Shown one piece after another: positions 25,928 through 34,931 of a stretch of DNA of 38,358 bases. The notes beneath the pieces were generated by a model. It saw only the letters and a program-made list of their open reading frames with translations, was not told where the DNA came from and ran no database searches. The first letter of the stretch is position 1. Every line of letters begins with the position of its first letter. The DNA is from Bdellovibrio sp. Lineage in GTDB: Bacteria; Bdellovibrionota; Bdellovibrionia; Bdellovibrionales; Bdellovibrionaceae. Both the position numbers and the translations under genes were made by a program. The stretch is from positions 1-38,358 of the forward strand of contig JBKCUU010000088.1 in assembly GCA_046318155.1 (NCBI GenBank), read 5' to 3'.

Positions 25928-26629
25928 TTAGAATTTAGCGGCGAGTTGCAAAAAGAAATAGAGACCACCGCGGCCATCAAACTGGCCACCATTTGAATTG
26001 ATCGAGTTTCCCAGCGAGTAAGTAATGCCGGCGTATCCATAATTGACCATGGTCTTAACGTCGAAGTAATTACTGAATCCATCGGCTTGCACCATGTTGT
26101 AGCCGCCATTCACATTGAGCATAAAGTTATAGGGAATTTGGAAATCACGGACAAAACCGAATCTGGTCGAGGATCCTGCTCCCTCCCAGTTGTCGTCTCG
26201 ATCGTACAGAAAGTGGTACTCAAAGATATTGAGATCAAATCCCAGGATTGTGCCGTTAAGATCGCCGCCTTGGTAGTAGCGGTTCATGTCGTAGCGAAAG
26301 GTTAGATCGGCATTCGTCGTAAAGATAAACTTGTAAGCAATGTACAAACGCAAATTGAGGTTATCGTTGGAGTCGGGAAATTTAATGTTTGAGCCCCACA
26401 GGCCAGCTCGAAACTGCGTCCACCGGTAACCAAAGCCCGCTTGCAAGGCATAACCTTTGTCGGTTTGAGTGACTCCGCGTTCGATCCAATTTGTCGTGAG
26501 AGCGGCTTCGCCAAAGATCTTGCCAGGCTGGAGCGAATCGCTCACCTCTTGGGCGCGGGCCGGAACACAGAATTTAAGCCCGATCAGCAGGATCGAGGCG
26601 ACGAGCAAATACTTCAAGCGAGGTTTCAT
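25928..26629 (-). CDS. TorF family (TIGR02001-like) putative porin
   Basis: TNWIERGVTQT...ALQAGFGY...GLWGSN pattern; signal peptide; C-terminal Phe. Start at 26629 preferred over 26638. Confidence 0.82.
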   Translation of the reverse strand: MKPRLKYLLVASILLIGLKFCVPARAQEVSDSLQPGKIFGEAALTTNWIERGVTQTDKGYALQAGFGYRWTQFRAGLWGSNIKFPDSNDNLNLRLYIAYKFIFTTNADLTFRYDMNRYYQGGDLNGTILGFDLNIFEYHFLYDRDDNWEGAGSSTRFGFVRDFQIPYNFMLNVNGGYNMVQADGFSNYFDVKTMVNYGYAGITYSLGNSINSNGGQFDGRGGLYFFLQLAAKF

Positions 26630-26728
26630 CTCAATCATCTTAGCGAAAGGTGATTGTCTGTTGCATCACTCGCCGGCAGACATGAAGGGTTCTAGACTTT
26701 TGACGGGCGCAAAGCTAGGCTCCGCCCC

Positions 26729-27556
26729 ATGAACTGGCTGCCTAGAAATTTGGCTGAGATGACATTGATCGCCTTCGACACCGAAACCACGGGAGCTTAC
26801 CCCTTGGGAGATGAGGTTGTCGAATTTGGTGCGGTGAAGTGGCGTGGTGGCGTGATCATCGATCAGCTCCAAATTCTGGTAAAGCCCTCTCGACCCATGA
26901 GTGCCTTTAACATGGGCATTCACGGGATTACCAATGAGATGGTCGCCGAGTGCCCCCCGATGTCGTCCGAAATTGGAAAAATTCGGGATTTCCTGGCGGA
27001 TGGTGTTTTGATGGCCCATCACGCCCCGTTTGATATTGGTTTTATGGCGGTTGAATTTGAAAAGGCGGGCCTTCCATTTCCGAATGATCATGTTTTGTGC
27101 AGCAGCTTGCTTGCACGCAAGCTTATTTCTGAATCGGCGAATCACAAGCTGCAAACTCTGATTAAGGTGTTGAGCATTGATGGCGGAACCGCTCACCGTG
27201 CCCTGGACGATGCGCGCGCGTGCTTGTACGTGGGGCTCGCGTGTTGGAAACGCGCGGGCAAGGAAAAGACCCTTCAAGACATGTCGACCTTGCAAGGCAA
27301 AGATCTCAAGTGGGCCGACTACGTTCTTCTTAAAAATCCATCGAATTTGATTCAAGCCTTGGCGCTTGCGATTTTACACAAAAAAGATTTCGATATCGTT
27401 TATGACGGTGGCAGCTTGCGTGGACAAGCCCGCCGGATCACGCCGATGGGGATTGTTCGAAACCCTGACGGGGATTATGTCTCGGCCATTTGCCACATCG
27501 ACCGAGCCCAAAAGCGCTTTTACCTGGGAAAAATTCAGGACTTCTCATCGCTCTAG
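26729..27556 (+). CDS. DEDDh (DnaQ-like) 3'-5' exonuclease with C-terminal WYL domain
   Basis: FDTETTG, AHHAPFD and HRALDDA motifs; C-terminal IVY...RRITPMGI...YVSAICHIDRAQKRFYLGKI WYL pattern. Confidence 0.88.
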   Translation: MNWLPRNLAEMTLIAFDTETTGAYPLGDEVVEFGAVKWRGGVIIDQLQILVKPSRPMSAFNMGIHGITNEMVAECPPMSSEIGKIRDFLADGVLMAHHAPFDIGFMAVEFEKAGLPFPNDHVLCSSLLARKLISESANHKLQTLIKVLSIDGGTAHRALDDARACLYVGLACWKRAGKEKTLQDMSTLQGKDLKWADYVLLKNPSNLIQALALAILHKKDFDIVYDGGSLRGQARRITPMGIVRNPDGDYVSAICHIDRAQKRFYLGKIQDFSSL

Positions 27557-27565
27557 GTGAATGAG

Positions 27566-28561
27566 CTACGTTCCTGATGAGTCCGAAGTTCCCGCTCGAG
27601 GCATCGGATTTAATGTGCCGGGCTCAAGCACTTCGGGTTCGGGGTGTGAATCAAATCCGGGCTGCAGCCTGACCATCGTTTCGCGAAGGTGGCGCGCTAA
27701 ATCTTCTAAGTTTTTAAATTCATCTTTAGTTCTGAGTTTAAAATCTCGGAGCTCCTTAGGGTTTTTGCGCGCTTCGGTCATTTCAAGAATGTACTTTTCA
27801 AATGCGTAGATGGGTCCCGCGATTTTGTGGGAGATGATTTTTCCAACCGCAAAAAGTCCGACCGAGAACCCGATACAAACCAAGGAAAACGTCAGGGCAA
27901 ACGGAATCAAAAACTTATCGAGCAGGATCGGGTTGTTTCCAACCAATTCTAAAATCGTAACTCGCAGATAGGTGTAGCTGAAGACCATCGTAACCAGACT
28001 AATCCCCAGACCAACCCCTAAAAGCAAAAAGCAATACTTCAACTGAAAGTGGGTATTGATCCAGTAAACTTTCCGAGCATTGTTTTCGGGCCAAAGGAGT
28101 TCTCCGTCGCGAATGATTGCTGTCACAATCAAACCATAACCAATCCACTGAAGAGCATCGGCGAGATTAAACACGGGTGAGGCCATGCTAGCTGGTCCCA
28201 AAATGATAAAATCGACGACATGACCCCACACAATTCGATCCGTCACATTGCCAATGATTCCGCCCAACAAAATCGACATGCCTGTTCGAAGAGTCAGACT
28301 TTTAATTGGTAACAGATATTGAATGAGGGCGTAGGTGCAAACGAGAAAAGCGCCGCCTGTCGAGAGTGTCACAACACGTAAAACGGGCGGGAGATCGGAA
28401 AACAAGCCCAGCATGGCGCCCGGATTGTGATGCAATGAAAAGTGCAGCCAAGCATAAGACAGAACTCCAGGAATATCCAAAGCCCAAAGTTTTGTAACGC
28501 GGTCTACAGCCCACGTGGCAATCAACGGTAGAAATACGAGGGACCATTCTTTTCTATTCAT
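27566..28561 (-). CDS. lspA: Signal peptidase II (LspA) fused to a two-TM plus HAMP-like module
   Basis: DRVTK, NPGAM, GGIIGNVTDR, VVDFI and FNLAD motifs, then FQLKY-TM-TM-SHKIAGPIYAF...LRTKDEF. Confidence 0.88.
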   Translation of the reverse strand: MNRKEWSLVFLPLIATWAVDRVTKLWALDIPGVLSYAWLHFSLHHNPGAMLGLFSDLPPVLRVVTLSTGGAFLVCTYALIQYLLPIKSLTLRTGMSILLGGIIGNVTDRIVWGHVVDFIILGPASMASPVFNLADALQWIGYGLIVTAIIRDGELLWPENNARKVYWINTHFQLKYCFLLLGVGLGISLVTMVFSYTYLRVTILELVGNNPILLDKFLIPFALTFSLVCIGFSVGLFAVGKIISHKIAGPIYAFEKYILEMTEARKNPKELRDFKLRTKDEFKNLEDLARHLRETMVRLQPGFDSHPEPEVLEPGTLNPMPRAGTSDSSGT

Positions 28562-28568
28562 AATTGAC

Positions 28569-29468
28569 TTAGTCTATCCTCGAATCAGCACCGGTCGCAA
28601 TCACAGTTCGGTTTCGCCCCTGACTCTTGGCCGAGTAGAGTGCCGTGTCGGCGAAGGCGAGGAGTTCCTCGAAGTTTTTACTGGGCTTGGGAAAGCACGA
28701 AACACCTAGACTGATGGTGACTTCAGTTTCGGACTCGACCTTTTTCCTGAGACGCTCTGCTATTTCAAGCGCCTTTTGCAAATCAGTTTCTTGGAGCAAA
28801 ACACAAAACTCGTCTCCGCCGTAGCGACAGATGCAGTCAAAAGTCCGGAGGCTCTCGCGAAGAACATCAGCTATTTTTTTAAGTACGGAGTCGCCGCCCA
28901 TGTGTCCCCTGCGGTCATTCCATTTTTTGAAGCCATCAATATCTATCATAATTAAAGAAAGGGAGCGGTTCTGACGTTTGGATCGATCGAGTTCTTTTAA
29001 GAGTGTTTCGTGTAGATGACGGTAGTTGTAAAGACCGGTCAAGGCATCTGTCGTTGAGAGCTGCTCCAGATGACTTTTTTGTTTGAGGAGCTCGTGAATT
29101 TGCTGAGCTTCTTTGACTTGCAAAATGAGGAAACTGGGCTCCCAAGGTTTTTGTAAAACTTTGTGAACAAGATTGCTCTGCACTGAATCAACAAGAGAAT
29201 TCAAATTGAGCGCCCCCGAAATCAAAACGCGAACCGTTGTTGGTGACAATATTTGCATTTCACGAAAAAAATCCAGACTGGTCCCCTCGGCCAGATGAAG
29301 GTCGATAAGCGCTAAGTCGAAATGTTTTTGTCTAAGGAGAGTTCGCGCTGAATCAAGGTCCTGCACGAGGCTGAGTTGAAATTCATGGCGCAAAAGACGT
29401 TCGAGTGCCGACAAAACCATCGGATCATCATCGACTACTAGCAAGAAGGCTTTCTTTGCTTCACCCAT
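28569..29468 (-). CDS. Response-regulator diguanylate cyclase (REC-GGDEF)
   Basis: REC domain VVDDD, LID, ISG, KPW; TDALTGLYN, DIDGFKKWND, RxxD I-site (RTFD) and intact GGDEF. Confidence 0.95.
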   Translation of the reverse strand: MGEAKKAFLLVVDDDPMVLSALERLLRHEFQLSLVQDLDSARTLLRQKHFDLALIDLHLAEGTSLDFFREMQILSPTTVRVLISGALNLNSLVDSVQSNLVHKVLQKPWEPSFLILQVKEAQQIHELLKQKSHLEQLSTTDALTGLYNYRHLHETLLKELDRSKRQNRSLSLIMIDIDGFKKWNDRRGHMGGDSVLKKIADVLRESLRTFDCICRYGGDEFCVLLQETDLQKALEIAERLRKKVESETEVTISLGVSCFPKPSKNFEELLAFADTALYSAKSQGRNRTVIATGADSRID

Positions 29469-29491
29469 AAAAAAATAATAGCATTGAGACT
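29469..29491. promoter_or_regulatory. Overlapping divergent -10 elements for the cyclase and dacB
   Basis: Minus strand TGC-TATTAT-N6-ATG(29468); plus strand TAGCAT-N7-ATG(29492); no SD sequence in the 23-bp gap. Confidence 0.6.
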
Positions 29492-30868
29492 ATGCTTAAA
29501 ACATCATCTATCTTTGTTTTCACTATGGTCTTGTCATGTGTTTCAGTCGGTGCTGAGCTCGGCGCCTCCATTGAAAGAGCGCTTCGCCCGCTTGGTCAAT
29601 GGAGATCAAAGACCACAATTTATGTCGCTGAAACACCAACTAAAATTCTTTTTCAGAATCAGGGATCAAAAGATTTAATCCCTGCCTCAGTTACAAAAAT
29701 TCTCACGGCCGGCGCAGTCCTGAAGCATTTTCCTCCAGGAACAAAGCTTAAGACCCAAATCTATGGTGAGGGTCAAAACATTTATCTTAAAGGCGGCGGG
29801 GATCCCGGGTTTGTTTCTGAGACGATGTGGTTTTTGGTCAATCAATTTGTTCGCACCCAAATCAAAGTGATCGAAGGTGACATCATCGTTGATGACTCAT
29901 TTTTTGATTCGCTCAGATTTGATCCCAGTCGGCAAAAAGAGCGTGTTGATCGGGCCTATGATGCACCCACCAGCGCGATGTCTTTTAATTGGAATTCGAT
30001 CAATGTCTTTATCCGCCCCGGAGCGAAGGCCGGCGACATTGCCGCTGTCTTTTTGGATCCTGAAAATGACTACACCACGCTTAAGTCCGATGTTCGAACG
30101 GTGGGTGGAGCAGGGAACGAACTTGTCGTTGATCGTGATGAAAGCAAATCGGGCGACCACCTGATCGTCAAAGGCAAGATTGGGGTGAACTCAAAAGAAA
30201 TCGCGGTTTTTAAAAACATCACAAAGCCCGATATCTGGTCAGGTGCTCAGCTCAAGTCTTTTCTCAAGCAGCGTGGTATCGAAGTCAAAGGTCAGATTCG
30301 TGCGGGGACAACTCCGACGTCAGCGAAGCTGCTTGCCGAAGCAGAAAGTAAGCCCATCGAGCAGATGGTGGCTGACATGAATAAGTTCTCCAACAACTAC
30401 GTTGCTGAGATGCTGACGAAAAATCTAGGGGCGCTCAATGGCAAGCCAGGCACCATTGGCCGCGGGATTGACGTGATCCGTGAGTATATCAAAGAGCTGG
30501 GTGTTGACCCTCTCGAGGCCCAGATCTTTAATCCGTCAGGGCTCACGCGAAACAATCGACTGAGTGGGCGGGCCCTTTGGCGGGTCTTGTGGGATCTTCA
30601 TTCGCAGCTCTTGTATGAGCCCGAGTTTTTGACCTCCCTGCCAATTGCTGGGGTTGATGGAACTTTGAAGCGCCGATTGAAGGGAAGCCCGGCCGAACGT
30701 TGGGTTCGAGCCAAGACGGGCTACCTCGACGGCGTTGTTTCTTTAGCTGGATACGCTGGACGCAAGGATGGAACCGTCATTCCCTTCGTTTTGATTTACA
30801 ACGGATCTGCCGATGAGGCCATCGTTAGAAATGCATTCGACGATGTCATGAAGGTGCTGGTCAAATAA
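29492..30868 (+). CDS. dacB: D-Ala-D-Ala carboxypeptidase/endopeptidase PBP4 (S13)
   Basis: PASVTK (SxxK), GGGDP, SNN, SGL and AKTG motifs; signal peptide. Confidence 0.95.
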   Translation: MLKTSSIFVFTMVLSCVSVGAELGASIERALRPLGQWRSKTTIYVAETPTKILFQNQGSKDLIPASVTKILTAGAVLKHFPPGTKLKTQIYGEGQNIYLKGGGDPGFVSETMWFLVNQFVRTQIKVIEGDIIVDDSFFDSLRFDPSRQKERVDRAYDAPTSAMSFNWNSINVFIRPGAKAGDIAAVFLDPENDYTTLKSDVRTVGGAGNELVVDRDESKSGDHLIVKGKIGVNSKEIAVFKNITKPDIWSGAQLKSFLKQRGIEVKGQIRAGTTPTSAKLLAEAESKPIEQMVADMNKFSNNYVAEMLTKNLGALNGKPGTIGRGIDVIREYIKELGVDPLEAQIFNPSGLTRNNRLSGRALWRVLWDLHSQLLYEPEFLTSLPIAGVDGTLKRRLKGSPAERWVRAKTGYLDGVVSLAGYAGRKDGTVIPFVLIYNGSADEAIVRNAFDDVMKVLVK

Positions 30869-32205
30869 TGAAGAGAATGAATTTTGGTTTCGTTGTGCTG
30901 GTAGTTTGTGGTTTGGTTTGCCTTGCCGCAAATGCAGCCGATGAAGCGACGGACACGCCCGTGACACATCAATCGATCGAGGGTGACCAATCTTTAACGA
31001 CCTCACGGCCTTGGCGCAGCCCGGAGTATGCGAATCAAACAGCGCAATTGGGTTGGAATGAAACTGCCTTTGCTGTTCCCAAGGGGCTTGAAACTCAGGT
31101 CAATTTCTGGATCGATATTTACAGCCGGTACACGACTGACCAAGGCGTCTTGCACGACAGTGAGTATATCGATCTCGTCTATGACGTTCTGGACTTTACG
31201 TATATCTCGAGCCGCTCCGACCTGGACGGTTTTCAAAAAGAGCGTATGAAGATCAAGATCGTCAATAATGCTAAAAAGCGTGTGGTCGATATGCTGAAGC
31301 GCTTTGAAACTTTGACTGACGCGACGACTTTGGCTGAAAACGAAAAAAGAGTTTGGGATTACTTCGTTAAAGTAGAAGGTAAGAAAAAGTTCAAGGAAGC
31401 AGCGGGGAAGACCCGTTTGCGATTTCAATTAGGCCAGCGTGACAGAATCGTACAGGGCATTTTCTTCTCAGGTCGTTACTTGGAGGAGTTCGAACGCATT
31501 TTTCGGGATGCCGGTCTTCCGATAGAATTGACTCGCCTTGTGTTCGTTGAAAGTTCATTCAATGTTTTGGCACGTTCAAAAGTAGGCGCGAGCGGTCTGT
31601 GGCAAATCATGCGCTACACCGGAAAGCCCTACATGATGATCAATGATGCGATTGATAAGCGAAATCATCCGACCGAAGCAACCAAGCTCGCTGCAAGGCT
31701 CTTTCGCAATAACTACCAGATGCTTCAGACGTGGCCGCTAGCTGTCACGGGTTATAATCATGGTCCTAGCGGCGTTCTGAGGCTGACAAAGCTGTACAAG
31801 TCGCGCGATCTCGTGGATCTGACTCAAGACAATGGTTCTAAAAAGCGTCTTGGTTTTGCTTCTCGAAATTTTTACGCCAGCTTTTTGGCTATTTTAGAAG
31901 TCGAAAAAAATGCGCCTAAATATTTTGGCACTGTTCAATGGTCAAACTCGCTCAACTCGACAGGTCTCGTTTTACCTCGGGCTCTGCCGTACACGACACT
32001 CTTAGATTGGTTTGATGGTGATGATCATAAGGCTCAGATTTTTAATCCCCATATCACGTCGCAAACGCGCAAAGGTAAATCACTTTTGCCGAAGGGTGCA
32101 GTGATTTCAGTGCCGCAAAACAAAGAAGGCGAGGTCCGTGAAGCCCTCGCCCGTCCAGAAGTCATTCTTAAACAGGGTCACAAAGCGGCGTCGAGCGCTC
32201 TGTAA
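30868..32205 (+). CDS. Lytic transglycosylase (SLT/MltD-like)
   Basis: VESSFN, SKVGASGLWQIM and WPLAVTGYNHG motifs; signal peptide; TAATG-coupled to dacB. Confidence 0.92.
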   Translation: MKRMNFGFVVLVVCGLVCLAANAADEATDTPVTHQSIEGDQSLTTSRPWRSPEYANQTAQLGWNETAFAVPKGLETQVNFWIDIYSRYTTDQGVLHDSEYIDLVYDVLDFTYISSRSDLDGFQKERMKIKIVNNAKKRVVDMLKRFETLTDATTLAENEKRVWDYFVKVEGKKKFKEAAGKTRLRFQLGQRDRIVQGIFFSGRYLEEFERIFRDAGLPIELTRLVFVESSFNVLARSKVGASGLWQIMRYTGKPYMMINDAIDKRNHPTEATKLAARLFRNNYQMLQTWPLAVTGYNHGPSGVLRLTKLYKSRDLVDLTQDNGSKKRLGFASRNFYASFLAILEVEKNAPKYFGTVQWSNSLNSTGLVLPRALPYTTLLDWFDGDDHKAQIFNPHITSQTRKGKSLLPKGAVISVPQNKEGEVREALARPEVILKQGHKAASSAL

Positions 32206-33398
32206 GGATTGTCTGCGTACTCGAGCAAATACATGCAAGGTTCGATATTTTTTTGAACCACCCCCTGGATGACACCTTGTCCGGGGTAGAAGCCACCCGA
32301 GCCCCACTGACTTGCGGGATCGAGTTCAAAGGTAAACGAAATCACTTTTTGAGTCCCATACGACCAGTCGGTCAAGTCTCCGCTGGCAATGTACAAATCA
32401 GAAGACTGCTGAGGCTTGTACTTGTTCCAAGTTGCCATTTTGCGTGCCATGACTTCGTGGACCGCTTTATCTTTAGCATCTCCAATACCTGCTTCTGAAT
32501 GCCCCCAAGGGTACAGAATCAATTCGGAAAATGTGTGGAAGGAAAGAAGCGTCGAAATGTTTTGGTGTGTTTCGATGAAGAGCTTGATCGCTTGTGTTTC
32601 GGGCTCACTGAAGGGCTTGGTTCCCATGTAAGTTTCGCTATTGGGTCTGTTGCTGGATCCGCCAGTTCCCCATTTGTAGCTATAGTTGCGATTCAGATCC
32701 ACGCCGAATGTGCCGTCGCGGTTGGCCGCGCGGTTCTTGCGCCATGTCTTGTAGCGACCACCTTCAATATCATATTCAAGTCCATCGGGATTCACCATGG
32801 GGATCAGATGAATTTCACGAGTTTCGATGTAACGAACCGCCCGGGGGTTTCCGTTCTTGTACTCTTTCATCAGCCACTGGATGAAGCGAAGAGGGACTTC
32901 TACGCTCAAGTGTTCGCGAGCATGGTGTCCACCCAAGAACAGAACCGCCGGTTTGGTTTCTGAAAAATCAGGATTGGTCGAAATCTTAAGTGCCCAGATG
33001 TCACGGCCTTGGTGAGTCATACCGATGGATCCGAGTCGCATGAGATCTGGAAATTCAGCGACGAGAGTATCGAGAGCCTGTTTCACTTCTGAGTAGTTGT
33101 GGAACTCGCGATCTGCATCCGGAAAATCGAGTGCTGAAAGCAGGGTCGTCTCGGATTCAACCCAGCCCAGTTTTTGAAGCTGCTTTTTTTCTTCGAGATT
33201 GGCAATGACCATCACCCAGTCTTCGCCGACTTGTTCAATCGAGGCGCCCGTGTTGGCGACGACACTTCGCTCGAACTTGTCTTTGGCTCGCACCTTAAGG
33301 ACGAACTGAGTCGAGTCGATTGACTCGGCTTGATGAATCGGGAGGACCGCAAACAGCCCTGCCAACGTGACATACAGTAAACATTTTTTAATTTTCAT
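32178..33398 (-). CDS. Secreted M14 zinc carboxypeptidase (carboxypeptidase T-like)
   Basis: HAREH, NPDG, WRKNR, GVDLNRN, SEPET, FHTFS and FTFEL motifs; start at MKIKK (33398) with purine-rich RBS. Confidence 0.94.
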   Translation of the reverse strand: MKIKKCLLYVTLAGLFAVLPIHQAESIDSTQFVLKVRAKDKFERSVVANTGASIEQVGEDWVMVIANLEEKKQLQKLGWVESETTLLSALDFPDADREFHNYSEVKQALDTLVAEFPDLMRLGSIGMTHQGRDIWALKISTNPDFSETKPAVLFLGGHHAREHLSVEVPLRFIQWLMKEYKNGNPRAVRYIETREIHLIPMVNPDGLEYDIEGGRYKTWRKNRAANRDGTFGVDLNRNYSYKWGTGGSSNRPNSETYMGTKPFSEPETQAIKLFIETHQNISTLLSFHTFSELILYPWGHSEAGIGDAKDKAVHEVMARKMATWNKYKPQQSSDLYIASGDLTDWSYGTQKVISFTFELDPASQWGSGGFYPGQGVIQGVVQKNIEPCMYLLEYADNPYRALDAAL

Positions 33399-33550
33399 TG
33401 TTGGATCCCTTCCTTGGAACATCGATGAATGCACACCAAGCTAGCACGTTCCATTTTGGCACCACAAAGAGGCACGAATTTCCTAGACCAAGGCCCTGCT
33501 CTGGCTGTCGAGCGAAGACTGAGGAGGTCCTTTTTGGGAGCGATAAAAAC

Positions 33551-33572
33551 AAAAAACCGGGGATGGCTTTTT
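33551..33572 (-). terminator. Probable intrinsic terminator after hpt
   Basis: Minus strand AAAAAGCC-ATCCCC-GGTTTTTT; short stem. Confidence 0.5.
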
Positions 33573-33605
33573 AGCTTTTTTGAACTGCTATTTCCAAAGC
33601 TGGAT

Positions 33606-34136
33606 TTATTGAAAGTTTTGAACTTGAGCAATGTACGGCAAGTTGCGGTAGTAACCATCGTAATCCAGCCCGTAGCCAACAACGAAATCGTTGGGGATTT
33701 TAAAACCAACCATATCAATTTCGCAGGGAACTTTGAGAGCATCTGGTTTTTCAAGAAGCGCAATTGTTGTCAGACTCTTTGGTTTGCGAGCCATGATGTT
33801 GCTTTTGAGGTAGTTCATCGTGAGGCCGGTATCGATGATGTCTTCAACCAAGATCACGTGCTTGCCTTCAACCGAGTGAGCAAGATCGAGTGTGACTTTA
33901 ACTTGGCCCGAAGAGCTGGTGCCACTATATGAAGACACGCCGAAAAATTCGCAGTGAACGTCTGTTTGAATGGCGCGGATTAAATCCGAATAAAAAACAA
34001 AAGATCCTTTGAGAACGCAGATCGCGACGATCTCAGTGTTTTTAAATTTTTTGGTCAGCTGATCGCCCAGCTCTTGGACTTTTTTTTGAATCTGCTCTTC
34101 AGAGATGTAAGTCGAAAGTTTCAAGTTCATTGTCAT
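33606..34136 (-). CDS. hpt: Hypoxanthine phosphoribosyltransferase
   Basis: VLKGSFVF, SSYSG, LVEDIIDTGLT and FVVGYGLDY...YRNLP motifs. Confidence 0.97.
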   Translation of the reverse strand: MTMNLKLSTYISEEQIQKKVQELGDQLTKKFKNTEIVAICVLKGSFVFYSDLIRAIQTDVHCEFFGVSSYSGTSSSGQVKVTLDLAHSVEGKHVILVEDIIDTGLTMNYLKSNIMARKPKSLTTIALLEKPDALKVPCEIDMVGFKIPNDFVVGYGLDYDGYYRNLPYIAQVQNFQ

Positions 34137-34148
34137 AGGTCCCTCGCT

Positions 34149-34931
34149 TCAGACGAAAGAGTTGTTCATAATTTCACCAAACCCACCGCCGCCCGGAACA
34201 ATATAGTCGGAATCGTTCAGACCCCGCTCTTGCGCCCATAGAAGACCTGGTTCGGACTCCAAAACTGCCTCGGAAGAAAGCCCTCGGTCAAGGCGAAGAG
34301 CATAGATCTGTAAATCGGGATGGGCCGTCAAGACCCGGCGAAGGTATTCGGGCGTTACAATCAGGTGCAGGGCCACATAACAAGCGGCTCGGCCAGGAAC
34401 CTTCTTTTTGTAATGGTCAACGGCCGCCACCAAGGTCCCGCCGGTTGCCCCCATGGGGTCCGGAAAGAACACGTAGGCGGCTTCTTGACCTCCACCAATT
34501 TTACTGGCGCCGAATTCGGTGCCCGTGACCTGGTGGTTCTCGTTGGTCGTGCGAGCAGCAAAGATGTGATCTTGGCGGATCAATTCGGGCTGCAAATAAT
34601 CATGGAGAGCTTCATAGCAAAGATGCGAGGGGTAAGTCCCCGCGCGAGCCAAGTTGACCGAGATAGCTCTGGTGGCCCGAGCCACGCGTGTGCCATGCAA
34701 GAGAACATCAGGGTGCGTTTTTGTCATGCGAGTTGGTTCGCTGAAGGCTTGCTTCGGCAGCTGCTCATCAATCACGTACCGGAGCATGTTCTGGTAAAGC
34801 CGGGTGACCAGATGATTGATACGAGGTTGAAACGAGTTGGGGGAGCACAAATCGGCGAGCCATCCCTCAAGGGAAGGACTACTTAAGAGATGGACTTGGG
34901 CGCCATAATGATGTTTTTGCTCATGAATCAT
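34149..34931 (-). CDS. Uracil phosphoribosyltransferase-like protein (divergent)
   Basis: LARAG, DPMGATGGT PRPP loop, and LNDSDYIVPG. Confidence 0.78.
   Translation of the reverse strand: MIHEQKHHYGAQVHLLSSPSLEGWLADLCSPNSFQPRINHLVTRLYQNMLRYVIDEQLPKQAFSEPTRMTKTHPDVLLHGTRVARATRAISVNLARAGTYPSHLCYEALHDYLQPELIRQDHIFAARTTNENHQVTGTEFGASKIGGGQEAAYVFFPDPMGATGGTLVAAVDHYKKKVPGRAACYVALHLIVTPEYLRRVLTAHPDLQIYALRLDRGLSSEAVLESEPGLLWAQERGLNDSDYIVPGGGGFGEIMNNSFV

Noticed and set aside
26666..27355. 229-aa antisense ORF over the exonuclease (similarly 4272-4937, 18573-19133, 33429-33932, 34320-34886)
   Set aside because: Each lies largely or wholly opposite a well-supported conserved gene and has no motifs.
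24131..27556. motAB plus nearby nuclease as a Zorya-like anti-phage system
   Set aside because: MotA is flagellar-type with no long ZorA tail, has a FliA-like promoter, there are no zorC/D/E genes, and the nuclease is separated by an opposite-strand porin gene.
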